From: an uncultured Clostridium sp.
GTDB taxonomy: Bacteria; Bacillota; Clostridia; Christensenellales; CAG-138
DNA: 64,000 bases
Assembly (NCBI GenBank): GCA_964612925.1
Contig: CAZTFU010000001.1
Span: 14,384-78,383 of the forward strand
Direction of reading: 5' to 3'
The notes under the pieces were generated by a model that was given only the letters and a program-made list of their open reading frames with translations, made no database searches and was not told where the DNA came from. A program made the position numbers and the translations under genes. Of this stretch, positions 36,144 to 45,594 are shown in pieces; within the stretch, counting starts at the first letter, position 1; each line of letters opens with the position of its first letter.

Positions 36144-38825
36144 CTACTTTTTTTGTGAACACTTGGAGGCGGAGTTGCAATTTGAGCAGCCGCATCCACA
36201 ACCGCGCCGCTTACGCATGATGATGCAGTATATGCTGTATATCACGATAAGTGCGGCAATAACATAGAAAATGACTGCCGTATCCACATCTTTGGTGAAA
36301 ATACCGATAATATTATATGTGATAAGCGACACCACATAGGCACTGACAAGTTGCCACGCTATGGCAAATGCGGTCCACTTGCGGGATTGCATTTCGCGCC
36401 GTATCGTTGCAAGCGCGGCCATGCAGGGGGTGTAGAGCAGTACGAACACAAGGAACGAATATGCGCTTGCGGGCGTAAATATGCCGCTTAATGCTTCACG
36501 CACAACGGCACCGGATGCCGAGGCCGAAAAGCTTGCAAACATTGAAAGCGAACTTACAACCGCTTCCTTTGCAACCACACCCGTAAGCAGGGCAACGCTT
36601 GCCTGCCACGAACCGAAACCGAGCGGCTTAAATATGGGTGCAATAAATGAACCTACCGCGCCGAGTATGCTTTGCGACGGATCGGATATAAAATTCAGGT
36701 GCGTATCAAAGCTTTGCATGAACCACAGTACAACGCTCATTGCGAAAATTATGGTGCCCGCTTTTTCAAGGAAGTGGCTTACTCGTTCCCAAACGTGTGT
36801 AAGCACGTTCCTTACACTCGGCAACCTGTACGGGGGAAGTTCTATAACAAACGGAGCTTCCTTTTTGTTTGCGGAAGCACGGCGGAATATAAGGCCGGAA
36901 AGAATGCCGAATAATATGCCAAGCGCGTAAAGGCTTAAAATTATCGCACCGCGGTATTCGCTGAAAAATGCACCCGCAATAAGCCCATATACAGGCAACT
37001 TTGCCGAACAGCTCATAAACGGCAGCAGCAATATGGTCATGCGGCGGTCGTGTTCATTATCCATTGTACGCGCACCCATTGCCGCAGGCACCGTACAGCC
37101 AAAGCCCATAAGCAGCGGAATAAAGCTTTTACCGCTCAGCCCGAAACGGCGCATGGGCTTATCCATTATAAATGCAATGCGGCTCATGTATCCGCTGTCC
37201 TCAAGCAGACTTAAAAACAGGAACAGCAGTGCTATTTGCGGCAGGAATGTAAGTACGCCGCCGACACCGGTTATTATTCCGTCACAAACAAGGCTTATAA
37301 ACCATTCGCCTGCATTTGCACTTTGGAGCAGTGCCATAACCGCAGGGGCTATGGTACCGTCTATAAATTCGCCCACCATATCGCTTAATGCCGCACCTGC
37401 CGTTGCAAACGTAAGCACAAATATAAGCCCCATTATCAACAGAAAAAGCGGTATCGCGAACACTTTATGCGTAAGCACGGCATCTATTTTGGCACTTCGT
37501 GCGGCACCGCTTATGCGTTCGGAACGGCGGTATGCTTTCTTTGTTACTCGTTCTATATAGGCATATCTGCTGTCGGCCACAAGCGATTCACTGTCGCCTA
37601 TGGGATTTGCGGCGGCATATTCCCTTATAAGCGTGTCAACAAGTGCGCTGTCGACATCATTTAGCTTTAGACTTGCGCGCACACGCTCGTCCCCTTCAAG
37701 AAGTTTTATTTCCGCCCAGTGGAGCGGCAAACCCGCGGTTTTGGCATATGGGGCGATTATTTCACCTATTTTATGGTGCTGTTCATGGGTGAAATCATCG
37801 TAAACGTCATCGGGCTCTATCAAAAAACCTTCGTGGAGCTGTGTGTGCGCGGCGGTTATAAGGCTTTGCAGACCAGTTACAAGGTCGTCTATACCTTCAC
37901 CCGTGCGTGCGCTTATGGGCACCACGGGTATACCAAGCTCAAGTGAAAGCTGTTTGCAGTCAATGTTGTCGCCCTGCTTTTCAACTTCATCCATCATGTT
38001 GAGCGCAAGTATCATGGGGCGTTCAAGCTCCATCAATTGAACGGTCAAATAAAGATTACGTTCAAGATTTGTGGCATCAACGATATTTATTATGGCGTCC
38101 GGCGCATCGTTTATTATGTAATCGCGTGCGACTATTTCCTCCATGGAATACGGGGACAGCGAATATATGCCCGGCAGATCGACCACCGTCATTTCATGTC
38201 CCATGGTGCACAGACCGTTTTCACCGCGGGCGGAACGCTGCTTTATTTTACCTTCCTTCTTTTCTACCGTTACGCCTGGCCAGTTGCCGACGTATTCCTT
38301 GCTACCTGTCATGGCATTAAAAAGAGTGGTTTTGCCGCAATTGGGGTTGCCTGCAAGCGCAAGCATAACGGGCCTGTCATCTTCAAAAGTTTCTTTCGGG
38401 CAGAATCCGTCCTTTGAACACATACTTTTTTCCATCATGAATGCGGTAAGCTCGGCCGCACGCTTGTGTTCGGCGTGGTCGGTATCGCGCTTATCGGTGC
38501 CGCGCTCGCGTTCTTCGCGCGCACGCTTTTCCTTTGCCGCAATAGAGTGTTCAACATCGTCATGCCACTTTCTGTGGTCGGCTTCATTCATAAGCACGAT
38601 GGTATCGGCATCCGCTTTTCTCAGGGACATTGCATAGCCTCTAAGCTCGATTTCAAGCGGGTCTCCCATGGGCGCAAGCTTAACAAGCTTAATTTCGGTG
38701 CCCGGTGTTATGCCCATGTCAACTATGTGCCGCCTCATGCGGCGATCGGTCGATGTTACGGCATAGACATGCCCGCTCTGCCCGACTTCAAGGTTACTCA
38801 ATCTTCTACGTGATACATTATCCAT
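36144..38825 (-). CDS. feoB: ferrous iron transporter, FeoA-FeoB fusion with a C-terminal Cys-rich tail
   Basis: FeoA-like N-terminus (LSNLEVGQSGHVYAV...RRHIVDMGITPGTEIKLVKLAPMGDPLEIELRGYAMSLR). FeoB G-domain (LAGNPNCGKTTLFNAMTG) and Gate-domain membrane region follow. The tail is an extra TM segment plus RKRRGCGCGCSNCNSASKCSQKK. Confidence 0.92.
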   Translation of the reverse strand: MDNVSRRRLSNLEVGQSGHVYAVTSTDRRMRRHIVDMGITPGTEIKLVKLAPMGDPLEIELRGYAMSLRKADADTIVLMNEADHRKWHDDVEHSIAAKEKRAREERERGTDKRDTDHAEHKRAAELTAFMMEKSMCSKDGFCPKETFEDDRPVMLALAGNPNCGKTTLFNAMTGSKEYVGNWPGVTVEKKEGKIKQRSARGENGLCTMGHEMTVVDLPGIYSLSPYSMEEIVARDYIINDAPDAIINIVDATNLERNLYLTVQLMELERPMILALNMMDEVEKQGDNIDCKQLSLELGIPVVPISARTGEGIDDLVTGLQSLITAAHTQLHEGFLIEPDDVYDDFTHEQHHKIGEIIAPYAKTAGLPLHWAEIKLLEGDERVRASLKLNDVDSALVDTLIREYAAANPIGDSESLVADSRYAYIERVTKKAYRRSERISGAARSAKIDAVLTHKVFAIPLFLLIMGLIFVLTFATAGAALSDMVGEFIDGTIAPAVMALLQSANAGEWFISLVCDGIITGVGGVLTFLPQIALLFLFLSLLEDSGYMSRIAFIMDKPMRRFGLSGKSFIPLLMGFGCTVPAAMGARTMDNEHDRRMTILLLPFMSCSAKLPVYGLIAGAFFSEYRGAIILSLYALGILFGILSGLIFRRASANKKEAPFVIELPPYRLPSVRNVLTHVWERVSHFLEKAGTIIFAMSVVLWFMQSFDTHLNFISDPSQSILGAVGSFIAPIFKPLGFGSWQASVALLTGVVAKEAVVSSLSMFASFSASASGAVVREALSGIFTPASAYSFLVFVLLYTPCMAALATIRREMQSRKWTAFAIAWQLVSAYVVSLITYNIIGIFTKDVDTAVIFYVIAALIVIYSIYCIIMRKRRGCGCGCSNCNSASKCSQKK

Positions 38826-38863
38826 ATATTGTATCCTCCAAGTTAACCATAACTAACAGCATA

Positions 38864-38892
38864 ATTGTATAAGCGCATTGCCGTGCTGTCAA
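38864..38892 (-). promoter_or_regulatory. candidate sigma-A promoter for feoAB
   Basis: Minus strand reads TTGACA (38887-38892) - 17 nt - TACAAT (38864-38869). Confidence 0.45.
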
Positions 38893-38947
38893 TTGTGTTT
38901 TGAACGTATATATGTTAATATGTAATAAATAAAGGAAGGTGTTTATA

Positions 38948-39781
38948 ATGTTGCCTGTTACCGTTGATGCGTTTTCTTCAGTTCCGTTTGGTGGGAATCC
39001 TGCGGGGGTTGTTCTGCTTGAAAATAAAATGCCGCCCGAGGATGAAATGCGGCGCATTGCCGCAAGCGTGGGGTACAGCGAAACCGCGTTTATTCTGCCA
39101 CTTGATGAAAAGCATTTCAAAATAAGGTATTTTACTCCCGTTGAGGAGGTTGATTTATGCGGCCATGCAACGGTTGGCTCGTTTGTGTATCTTTTAAGCT
39201 GCGGCCTTGTAAAGGAGGGTGAAAGTTACCGTGTCGGCACAAAGGCGGGGGACATAAATGTTGACGTGTCGGAAGGACTTGTTTGGCTTGACATGGCCGA
39301 ACCCAAGGAACTGCGCTTTTTGAATGAAACCGACACTGCGGAGCTTGCCGCGGCATACGGCATAACGCGCAAGGAAATGGGCACGCTTGCACCCGCTATA
39401 TCCAATACGGGGCTTGCGGATATAATGATGCCGCTTGAAAGCGTTGACTTGCTTGCAAGGCTGAAGCCCGACATGGCGGCAATAGCTATACTTTCGAAAA
39501 AGCTTGACGTAACGGGCGTTCATGCGTTTGCCTTGGCGAGTGACGGTGTGCATACCCGTAATTTTGCCCCGCTTTACGGCATTGATGAGGAGGCCGCAAC
39601 AGGCACTTCAACGGGGGCACTTACTTATTATCTGTTCAAGCACGGCCTTATGGAGACCGATAAAACCAACCTTTTTATCCAAGGTGAGACCATGGGAAAA
39701 CCGTCGAATATCTATTCCCGCATTGGGAAAAGCTGCAATGGCATATTGATTCGCGTTGGCGGCAGCGGATGCATAAGGTAA
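38948..39781 (+). CDS. PhzF-family isomerase-like protein
   Basis: VDAFSSVPFGGNPAGVVLLE...SETAFILP...IRYFTPVEEVDLCGHATVGS. ATG 38948 lies 9 nt after AAGGAAGG; the track GTG is at 38939. Confidence 0.88.
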   Translation: MLPVTVDAFSSVPFGGNPAGVVLLENKMPPEDEMRRIAASVGYSETAFILPLDEKHFKIRYFTPVEEVDLCGHATVGSFVYLLSCGLVKEGESYRVGTKAGDINVDVSEGLVWLDMAEPKELRFLNETDTAELAAAYGITRKEMGTLAPAISNTGLADIMMPLESVDLLARLKPDMAAIAILSKKLDVTGVHAFALASDGVHTRNFAPLYGIDEEAATGTSTGALTYYLFKHGLMETDKTNLFIQGETMGKPSNIYSRIGKSCNGILIRVGGSGCIR

Positions 39782-39875
39782 AACCGAAAATTGCACTATT
39801 GAACGATTTTTGCGATTGAATAGTTCGATTAAGCATTTTTACGATATCGAATTGTGAAGTATCCGCAAATAATTG

Positions 39876-39904
39876 TTGACAGGTTTCGGCTAAAAGGGTA
39901 ATAT
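39876..39904 (+). promoter_or_regulatory. candidate sigma-A promoter upstream of the small membrane protein gene
   Basis: TTGACA (39876-39881) - 17 nt - TAATAT (39899-39904). Confidence 0.45.
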
Positions 39905-39956
39905 AGCATATATAAAATCTTGCAGATTTTGTATAATTCGAGTTGGATACGGTTTT

Positions 39957-40346
39957 ATGAAAGAAGAGTTTCGCAAATTCCTTACAAAAAGCATTGCCAT
40001 TGCGCTTGCGGCGGCATTATATGCGATTTGGCTTTGGAAAGATGCGGGACTTGCACCTGTTCAGCTTGCGGCAAACGTAATTTCGGTGGTAGGCATGGTG
40101 TTTATGGTGTGGGGACTTATTGGATTGGTACATAACGCCCACGCACTTGCGGCATTCACATACAGTTTTCGCTATGTAATGCACATTATACGCAATGCCC
40201 GCAATAAGGATGATGTCACGAATAAAAGCGTGATAACCTACGCCGAATACGTTGAAACAATAGAAAAAAGGGAAAACGTAGCATGGTGCTTTATAGCAGG
40301 TGCCATATTTACGGCAATATCGTTAGTGCTTTGGTTAGTAAGTTGA
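39957..40346 (+). CDS. small membrane protein (DUF3899-like, tentative)
   Basis: 129 aa with 3-4 hydrophobic segments. The family guess is from memory only. Confidence 0.55.
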   Translation: MKEEFRKFLTKSIAIALAAALYAIWLWKDAGLAPVQLAANVISVVGMVFMVWGLIGLVHNAHALAAFTYSFRYVMHIIRNARNKDDVTNKSVITYAEYVETIEKRENVAWCFIAGAIFTAISLVLWLVS

Positions 40347-40438
40347 TAATCGCAACGCGAAACGATATTGTAAGCGCGTATTAAATGCCGAAAGGCTTTT
40401 AATAAAACAAACCCCAAAATTTTTAAGGAGGAAATCTG

Positions 40439-42286
40439 ATGAAAAAGTCTCGTATTTTTGCATTTGTGCTGGTCATTGCCATGGTCGCCGCCGTTTTCGC
40501 CGGCTGCTCCAACAATGCTAACAATGCAAATGGCACCGAGAAGGTCTATCGCACTTACATGAGCGATGACTGCACCACGTTGAATGCTCACAATAATGTG
40601 AATACCAACGTAGCCACCACCTACAGCTATACCAACTCCACTCTGTGGCGTGCCGTTCCCGATGAGGATGGTAAGGGCTACCACTATGTTGGCGACCTGG
40701 CCACCGATCTGCCTGAGTGCATTGAAGTTAAGGAAGGCACCTACACCAAGTATGTTTCCGAAGAACAGGCTGACGGTACCAGCATATCCGTCCCCACCGA
40801 GGAAACCGGCACCGTTTCTGTTTGGCAGTTCAAGATCCGTGAAGAAGCTTGCTGGCACAATGGCGACAAAATCAATGCCGACACCTTCATCTATTCCTGG
40901 AAAATGCTGATAGACCCGATTCTGGTCAACTCTATGGCAAACTTCCTGTATGACTATTCTATCACCCTCGTAAACGGCGAAGCTTACTTCAAGGGCGATT
41001 GCGATTGGGAAAATGTCGGTATCAAGAAGATTGACGAGTACACCCTTCAGGTCACCGCGATCGGCGAACCTTCCCAGAGTGACTTCTGCTCTCACTTCGG
41101 TGATCGTTCCGTCTACCCCGTACATGAGGCTACTTACGAAGCCGGCATGAACGCGGATCGCACCTCCACCACCTTTGGTCTGGATCTGAATTCCTACATG
41201 GGTTGCGGCCCCTACTACTTCGACAGTTGGACCCGTGACTCCGTACAGGTTTACAAGAAGAACCCCGACCACTGGCTCGCGGATCTGTACAACTACGACA
41301 CCGTTGAAGTTTACATCGTTCCCGAAATGAATGCCCGCGTTCAGATGTTTGAAGCAGGCCAGCTGGACGACCTGAGCCCCGATGCGCAGACCATCGAAAC
41401 CTACATCGATGATCCTCGTATGGTCTCTTATCCCTCCACTACCGTAAACCACATCGACATCAACTGCCTGAACACCAATAACCCCCTCGCCACCTCCGTC
41501 AACTACCGCAAGGCTATCTACCATGCCATCGATCGTGAGACCCTGGCTGCCAGCGCCTTTGGTTACATGGAGCCCTCCGGTACTTACGTAAACGGTATGG
41601 CCGGTATACTTAGCGAGAGCGGTCTCACCTATCGTGAGAGCGAATACGGCAAGGCCGTTACCGACCTTGTTGCAAGCTGGTCCGCAGAAGGCCACACCAC
41701 CGGTTACAACCCCGAACTGGCTCTCGATTACATGAAGAAGGCATTCGATGAGTGCGGCGTATCTTATGACACCACCGTTACCATTATAATGGCGTTCGAC
41801 GCTTCCGATTCTTCTTGGAAGGCTACCGGCGAATATCTGCAGCAGGAATTCCCGAAGATCTTTGACGGCATGATCGAAGTTGAGATAAAGAACTACTCCG
41901 GTATTACCACCACTGAGTTCAAGAGCGGTAACGAAACCGGTTGGGATCTGTCCCCCAATGATTGGAGTCGCGGCGTTTCCCGTAACTATCCGCACACCTG
42001 CTTCTACTATTATCTGAGCAGCTACTCCAGCCATCCCAATAACTACTTCTCCGATGCGTTCGAAGCTCAGTATGATGTTTGCGAAAGCCTGCGCGACGGC
42101 GACTACAACGAAATGCTCGCCGCGACTCAGAAGCTTGAAGAGATCTATCTTGAAGAGGTCATCCAGTGCCCCGTTGTACAGATTGTCAACTATCAGCTCT
42201 TCTCCGATCGTCTCGAATTGCCCGTTGCCACCTACATCCCCGGCTTTGGTTGGGGCACCATGTACGGTGATATCGTCGAGGAGTAA
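40439..42286 (+). CDS. ABC transporter substrate-binding lipoprotein, peptide/nickel (family 5, OppA/DppA-like)
   Basis: Lipobox VFAGC after a signal peptide, with AAGGAGG RBS. It has family-5 SBP length and context (followed by two permeases and two ATPases). Codon usage is strongly C/G-ending, resembling rplU. Confidence 0.88.
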   Translation: MKKSRIFAFVLVIAMVAAVFAGCSNNANNANGTEKVYRTYMSDDCTTLNAHNNVNTNVATTYSYTNSTLWRAVPDEDGKGYHYVGDLATDLPECIEVKEGTYTKYVSEEQADGTSISVPTEETGTVSVWQFKIREEACWHNGDKINADTFIYSWKMLIDPILVNSMANFLYDYSITLVNGEAYFKGDCDWENVGIKKIDEYTLQVTAIGEPSQSDFCSHFGDRSVYPVHEATYEAGMNADRTSTTFGLDLNSYMGCGPYYFDSWTRDSVQVYKKNPDHWLADLYNYDTVEVYIVPEMNARVQMFEAGQLDDLSPDAQTIETYIDDPRMVSYPSTTVNHIDINCLNTNNPLATSVNYRKAIYHAIDRETLAASAFGYMEPSGTYVNGMAGILSESGLTYRESEYGKAVTDLVASWSAEGHTTGYNPELALDYMKKAFDECGVSYDTTVTIIMAFDASDSSWKATGEYLQQEFPKIFDGMIEVEIKNYSGITTTEFKSGNETGWDLSPNDWSRGVSRNYPHTCFYYYLSSYSSHPNNYFSDAFEAQYDVCESLRDGDYNEMLAATQKLEEIYLEEVIQCPVVQIVNYQLFSDRLELPVATYIPGFGWGTMYGDIVEE

Positions 42287-42337
42287 AACATAGTCTAAGA
42301 CAAATTGCAATTTTGCAAAACACCGCAGAAATGCAGC

Positions 42338-42369
42338 AAGTGTCCTGCCGCAGTAGCGGCAGGACACTT
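42338..42369 (+). terminator. perfect 14 bp hairpin after the SBP gene (intra-operon attenuator or mRNA stabiliser)
   Basis: AAGTGTCCTGCCGC-AGTA-GCGGCAGGACACTT. There is no clear U-tract (followed by GAATAATTCTT). Confidence 0.5.
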
Positions 42370-42410
42370 GAATAATTCTTATCAAATACTCCGTAAGAAG
42401 GAGAGCGTAA

Positions 42411-43364
42411 ATGCTTAAATATGTTTTAAAGCGGTTTGGCGCAATGCTTTTGACACTGTTCTTGGTAATGGTGCTTTCATTCATGATCATTCGCCTCATG
42501 CCGATGAATATTTTTGAAAACCCTGAAACTCCGCCGGAGATTCAGAAAAAGCTTAATGACAGGCTTCATTTGAATGAGCCTATTGTGGTTCAGCTTGTTT
42601 ACTTTTTGAAAAATGTTGTTACCGAATTTGACTTCGGTACTTCCGTAAAAATACAGCCCGGTAATGATGTTTTCGGCATTATTGTGAGCCGTATACCGCC
42701 CACGGTAGTGCTTAATATCTTCTCATTGTTGATTTCCGTACCGCTGGGTTTGATTGCGGGTACGGTTGCCGCTTTGAAGAGGAATACTTGGGTTGATAGC
42801 GTCATCTCCGTTTTGATTGTTATATTCATTTCCGTACCGTCATTCGTATTTGCGTCTTTATTGCAGTACTTGTTCACGTTTAAGTGGAATTTATTCCCGA
42901 CGTTGTATAACGCAACGGCGGCGGATTTCGGTACACGCTTCTATTCAATGATACTGCCAATATTGGCTTTGGCACTCGGTCCCATAGCCACCATAGGTCG
43001 TTATCTGCGTGGTGAACTGATAGAAAACCTTTCCTCGGAATACCTGTTGCTTGCACGTACTAAGGGCTTGACTCGTACACAGGCAACCGTTCGCCATGCT
43101 TTCCGCAACTCTCTTATCCCTATAACAAACACCCTTATCAGTCTGCTTACCGGCATCATGGGCGGTTCCTTGGTTATTGAGAAAATGTTTGCTGTTCCCG
43201 GCATGGGCGGCATGTTGGTAAACTCCATATCTGTCGGTGACCACTTCCTTACCGTGGCACTACTGATATTCTATTCCGCAATTTCTCTTGTTACCATCCT
43301 TATCGTTGACCTGTCCTATGGCATCATAGACCCGCGTATTCGCGTAGGAGGTGGCAACAAATGA
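42411..43364 (+). CDS. ABC transporter permease (OppB/DppB-like)
   Basis: MLKYVLKRFGAMLLTLFLVMVLSFMIIRLMP...; EAA-type loop SEYLLLARTKGLTRTQATVRHAFRNSLIP. Confidence 0.92.
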   Translation: MLKYVLKRFGAMLLTLFLVMVLSFMIIRLMPMNIFENPETPPEIQKKLNDRLHLNEPIVVQLVYFLKNVVTEFDFGTSVKIQPGNDVFGIIVSRIPPTVVLNIFSLLISVPLGLIAGTVAALKRNTWVDSVISVLIVIFISVPSFVFASLLQYLFTFKWNLFPTLYNATAADFGTRFYSMILPILALALGPIATIGRYLRGELIENLSSEYLLLARTKGLTRTQATVRHAFRNSLIPITNTLISLLTGIMGGSLVIEKMFAVPGMGGMLVNSISVGDHFLTVALLIFYSAISLVTILIVDLSYGIIDPRIRVGGGNK

Positions 43365-44518
43365 TTATTGATCTGAAGAAAAAGCTTCCCGAAGAGCTTG
43401 AAAATCTGCCTGCCGATGACTTTGTAATGGTGCAAAGCGAAGGGCAGATAATGGATGAAAAGTTCAAGACCAAGCCCATAGGCTTCTTTAAGGATGCCAT
43501 GATCCGCTTGAGCAAGAGCAAGATAACAATGGTTGCTTTGGGCATTATAGTGTTCGTTATACTGGGTGCAATAATCATCCCGAATATAACCGGATATACT
43601 TATACCGAGCAAAACATTGATGCCAAGAATCTTCCGCCGAAAATACCCGGTCTTGAAAAGTTAGGCATTGCCGACGGTACCCGTGTTCTTGAAAACCGCC
43701 GCAAGGATTCACTTACCGATACCGAGCGTTATCCCGAAGGCTGTATTATAGAGATTGTTAATGAGTTTACAGCCAACGGCGTTGAAATGGTTGATGTCAA
43801 GGTTGATGCGTATGCCTATGCCGGCGTTGAAGAAGGCGTTTACCATTGGCTTGGTACCGACTATCTTGGTCGTGACCTGCTTACCCGTCTTTTCAGAGGC
43901 GCGCGCGTATCGCTTATAATCGCATTCGTATCCGTTATAACCAACGTTGTTATAGGCGTTATATACGGTGCTATTTCAGGCTATTACGGCGGCAAGGTGG
44001 ATATGATTCTTACCCACGTTGCGGAGGTTCTGGATGGTCTGCCCTACGTTGTTGTTACCATACTGTTCATGCTGCTGCTTGGTGCAGGCATCGGTTCATT
44101 GATACTTGCAATGTGCGTAACGGGTTGGATAGGCACATCACGCCTTATCCGTGCCCAGTTCTACCGCTTCAAGGAGCGTGAATACGTGCTTGCGGCACGC
44201 ACACTGGGCGTGCGCGATATGGCGCTTATATTCCGCCACATACTGCCCAACTGCATAGGACCCTTAATCACCCGCGCTATGATTGCCATACCCGGTGCAA
44301 TATTCTCGGAATCCTTCCTTGCCTACATCGGTCTTGGTATCACTCCGCCGGAGCCTTCCATAGGTATTCTGCTCAGTGACGGTCAAAAGGTGTTGTTGCA
44401 GTATCCGTACCAGACCTTCTTCCCGGCATTGCTGATCTCCTTGCTGATGATTGCATTCAATATGTTTGCCAACGGCTTGAGAGACGCACTTGACCCCACA
44501 AAACGCGGAGAGGAGTAA
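43361..44518 (+). CDS. ABC transporter permease (OppC/DppC-like) with an extended N-terminal region
   Basis: HWLGTDYLGRDLLTRLFRGARVSL...EYVLAARTLGVRDMALIFRHILPN. The ATGA start overlaps the stop of the upstream permease gene. Confidence 0.92.
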   Translation: MIIDLKKKLPEELENLPADDFVMVQSEGQIMDEKFKTKPIGFFKDAMIRLSKSKITMVALGIIVFVILGAIIIPNITGYTYTEQNIDAKNLPPKIPGLEKLGIADGTRVLENRRKDSLTDTERYPEGCIIEIVNEFTANGVEMVDVKVDAYAYAGVEEGVYHWLGTDYLGRDLLTRLFRGARVSLIIAFVSVITNVVIGVIYGAISGYYGGKVDMILTHVAEVLDGLPYVVVTILFMLLLGAGIGSLILAMCVTGWIGTSRLIRAQFYRFKEREYVLAARTLGVRDMALIFRHILPNCIGPLITRAMIAIPGAIFSESFLAYIGLGITPPEPSIGILLSDGQKVLLQYPYQTFFPALLISLLMIAFNMFANGLRDALDPTKRGEE

Positions 44519-44523
44519 ATCAC

Positions 44524-45594
44524 ATGGCAGAGATAAATAACAATGATGTAATCCTGTCGGTCAAAAACCTGACCGTTAATTTCCGTGCATATGGCGGTAT
44601 TGTTCACGCAGTTCGTGATATCAGCTTTGATTTGCACCGCGGCGAAACGCTGGCGATAGTGGGTGAATCCGGTTCTGGCAAGTCGGTAAGTATTCGCACA
44701 ATAATGGGTATATTGGCAAACAATGCCATTATTGAAAGCGGCGAAATACTTTATGACGGCATGGATCTTACCAAGGTTAAGGAAGAGGATTTCCATAAAA
44801 TCCGCGGCAACCGCATCGGTCTTATATTCCAGGATCCGCTTTCCGCTCTCAATCCTATAATGAAGATCGGCAAGCAGATAACCGAGGTTTTGCATCTTCA
44901 TAATAAGCTGTCCAAAGAAGAAGCTCGAAACCGTGCGCTTGAATTGATGCGCGCCGTCGGCATACCCGATGCGGAACGCCGTATTGATCAATATCCGTTC
45001 CAGTTTTCCGGCGGTATGCGTCAGCGTATAGTAATAGCCATAGCATTGGCGGGTGACCCCGAAATACTTATTTGCGATGAACCTACCACTGCGCTTGACG
45101 TTACCGTTCAGGCCAAGATACTTGAGCTGATAAACAAGATAAAGGAAGAGCGCAACCTGTCCGTAATATTCATTACGCATGACCTTGGCGTTGTTGCAAA
45201 CATGGCGGATCGCGTAAACGTTATGTATGCGGGTAAAATCGTTGAAACCGGTACTTCCGAGGAAGTGTTCTTTGAGCCTGCGCATCCATATACATGGGCA
45301 CTGCTTTCCTCTATGCCCGATTTGCAGACCAAGGAACGTCTTATGGCCATTCCGGGCACACCGCCGAACATGATTTATCCGCCTGAGGGCGATGCTTTTG
45401 CGGCGCGTAACAGATATGCCATGAAGATAGACTTTGAGAAGGAACCGCCTTTCTTCAAATTGTCGGATACGCATATGGCTGCTACATGGTTGCTACATCC
45501 TATGGCGCAACAGGTCAACAAGATCGAAATGCCCGAGATATTGCGCGTCCGTATTGAACGCATGAAGAAAATGGGGGATGTGAACAATGGCTGA
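44524..45594 (+). CDS. ABC transporter ATP-binding protein (OppD/DppD-like)
   Basis: Walker A GESGSGKS, signature FSGGMRQR, Walker B LICDEPTTALD. Confidence 0.93.
   Translation: MAEINNNDVILSVKNLTVNFRAYGGIVHAVRDISFDLHRGETLAIVGESGSGKSVSIRTIMGILANNAIIESGEILYDGMDLTKVKEEDFHKIRGNRIGLIFQDPLSALNPIMKIGKQITEVLHLHNKLSKEEARNRALELMRAVGIPDAERRIDQYPFQFSGGMRQRIVIAIALAGDPEILICDEPTTALDVTVQAKILELINKIKEERNLSVIFITHDLGVVANMADRVNVMYAGKIVETGTSEEVFFEPAHPYTWALLSSMPDLQTKERLMAIPGTPPNMIYPPEGDAFAARNRYAMKIDFEKEPPFFKLSDTHMAATWLLHPMAQQVNKIEMPEILRVRIERMKKMGDVNNG

Noticed and set aside
38826-38938. I looked for a Fur box in the feoAB/phzF divergent region.
   Set aside because: There is no convincing match to the GATAATGATAATCATTATC or 7-1-7 TGATAATNATTATCA consensus. 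Only a sigma-A-like promoter was called.
40238-42499. A 753 aa ORF on the minus strand, the second-longest minus-strand ORF in the window (after feoAB, 893 aa), spanning the whole SBP gene and beyond.
   Set aside because: It is exactly codon-aligned antisense to the SBP gene, since (42497-40439) is divisible by 3. Antisense stops can therefore only arise from sense TTA/CTA/TCA codons, which this codon-optimised gene avoids. The translation is low-complexity (Gly/Val/Ala-rich) with no RBS or recognisable motif, whereas the sense strand has a lipobox, an RBS and operon context.
44383-45474. A 363 aa minus-strand ORF inside the first ABC ATPase gene. Similar long shadows are 49993-50997 (plus, inside the NhaC gene), 13355-14077 (xth), 19946-20833 (pth/mfd), 22752-23507 (mfd) and 28769-29521 (SpoIID-like gene).
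   Set aside because: Every one I checked is in the codon-aligned antisense register of a gene with clear homology. The differences 45472-44524, 50992-49993, 14075-13343, 20831-19961, 23505-20589 and 29519-26510 are all multiples of 3. All lack an RBS and any motif. This is a genome-wide consequence of rare TTA/CTA/TCA codons, not overlapping genes.
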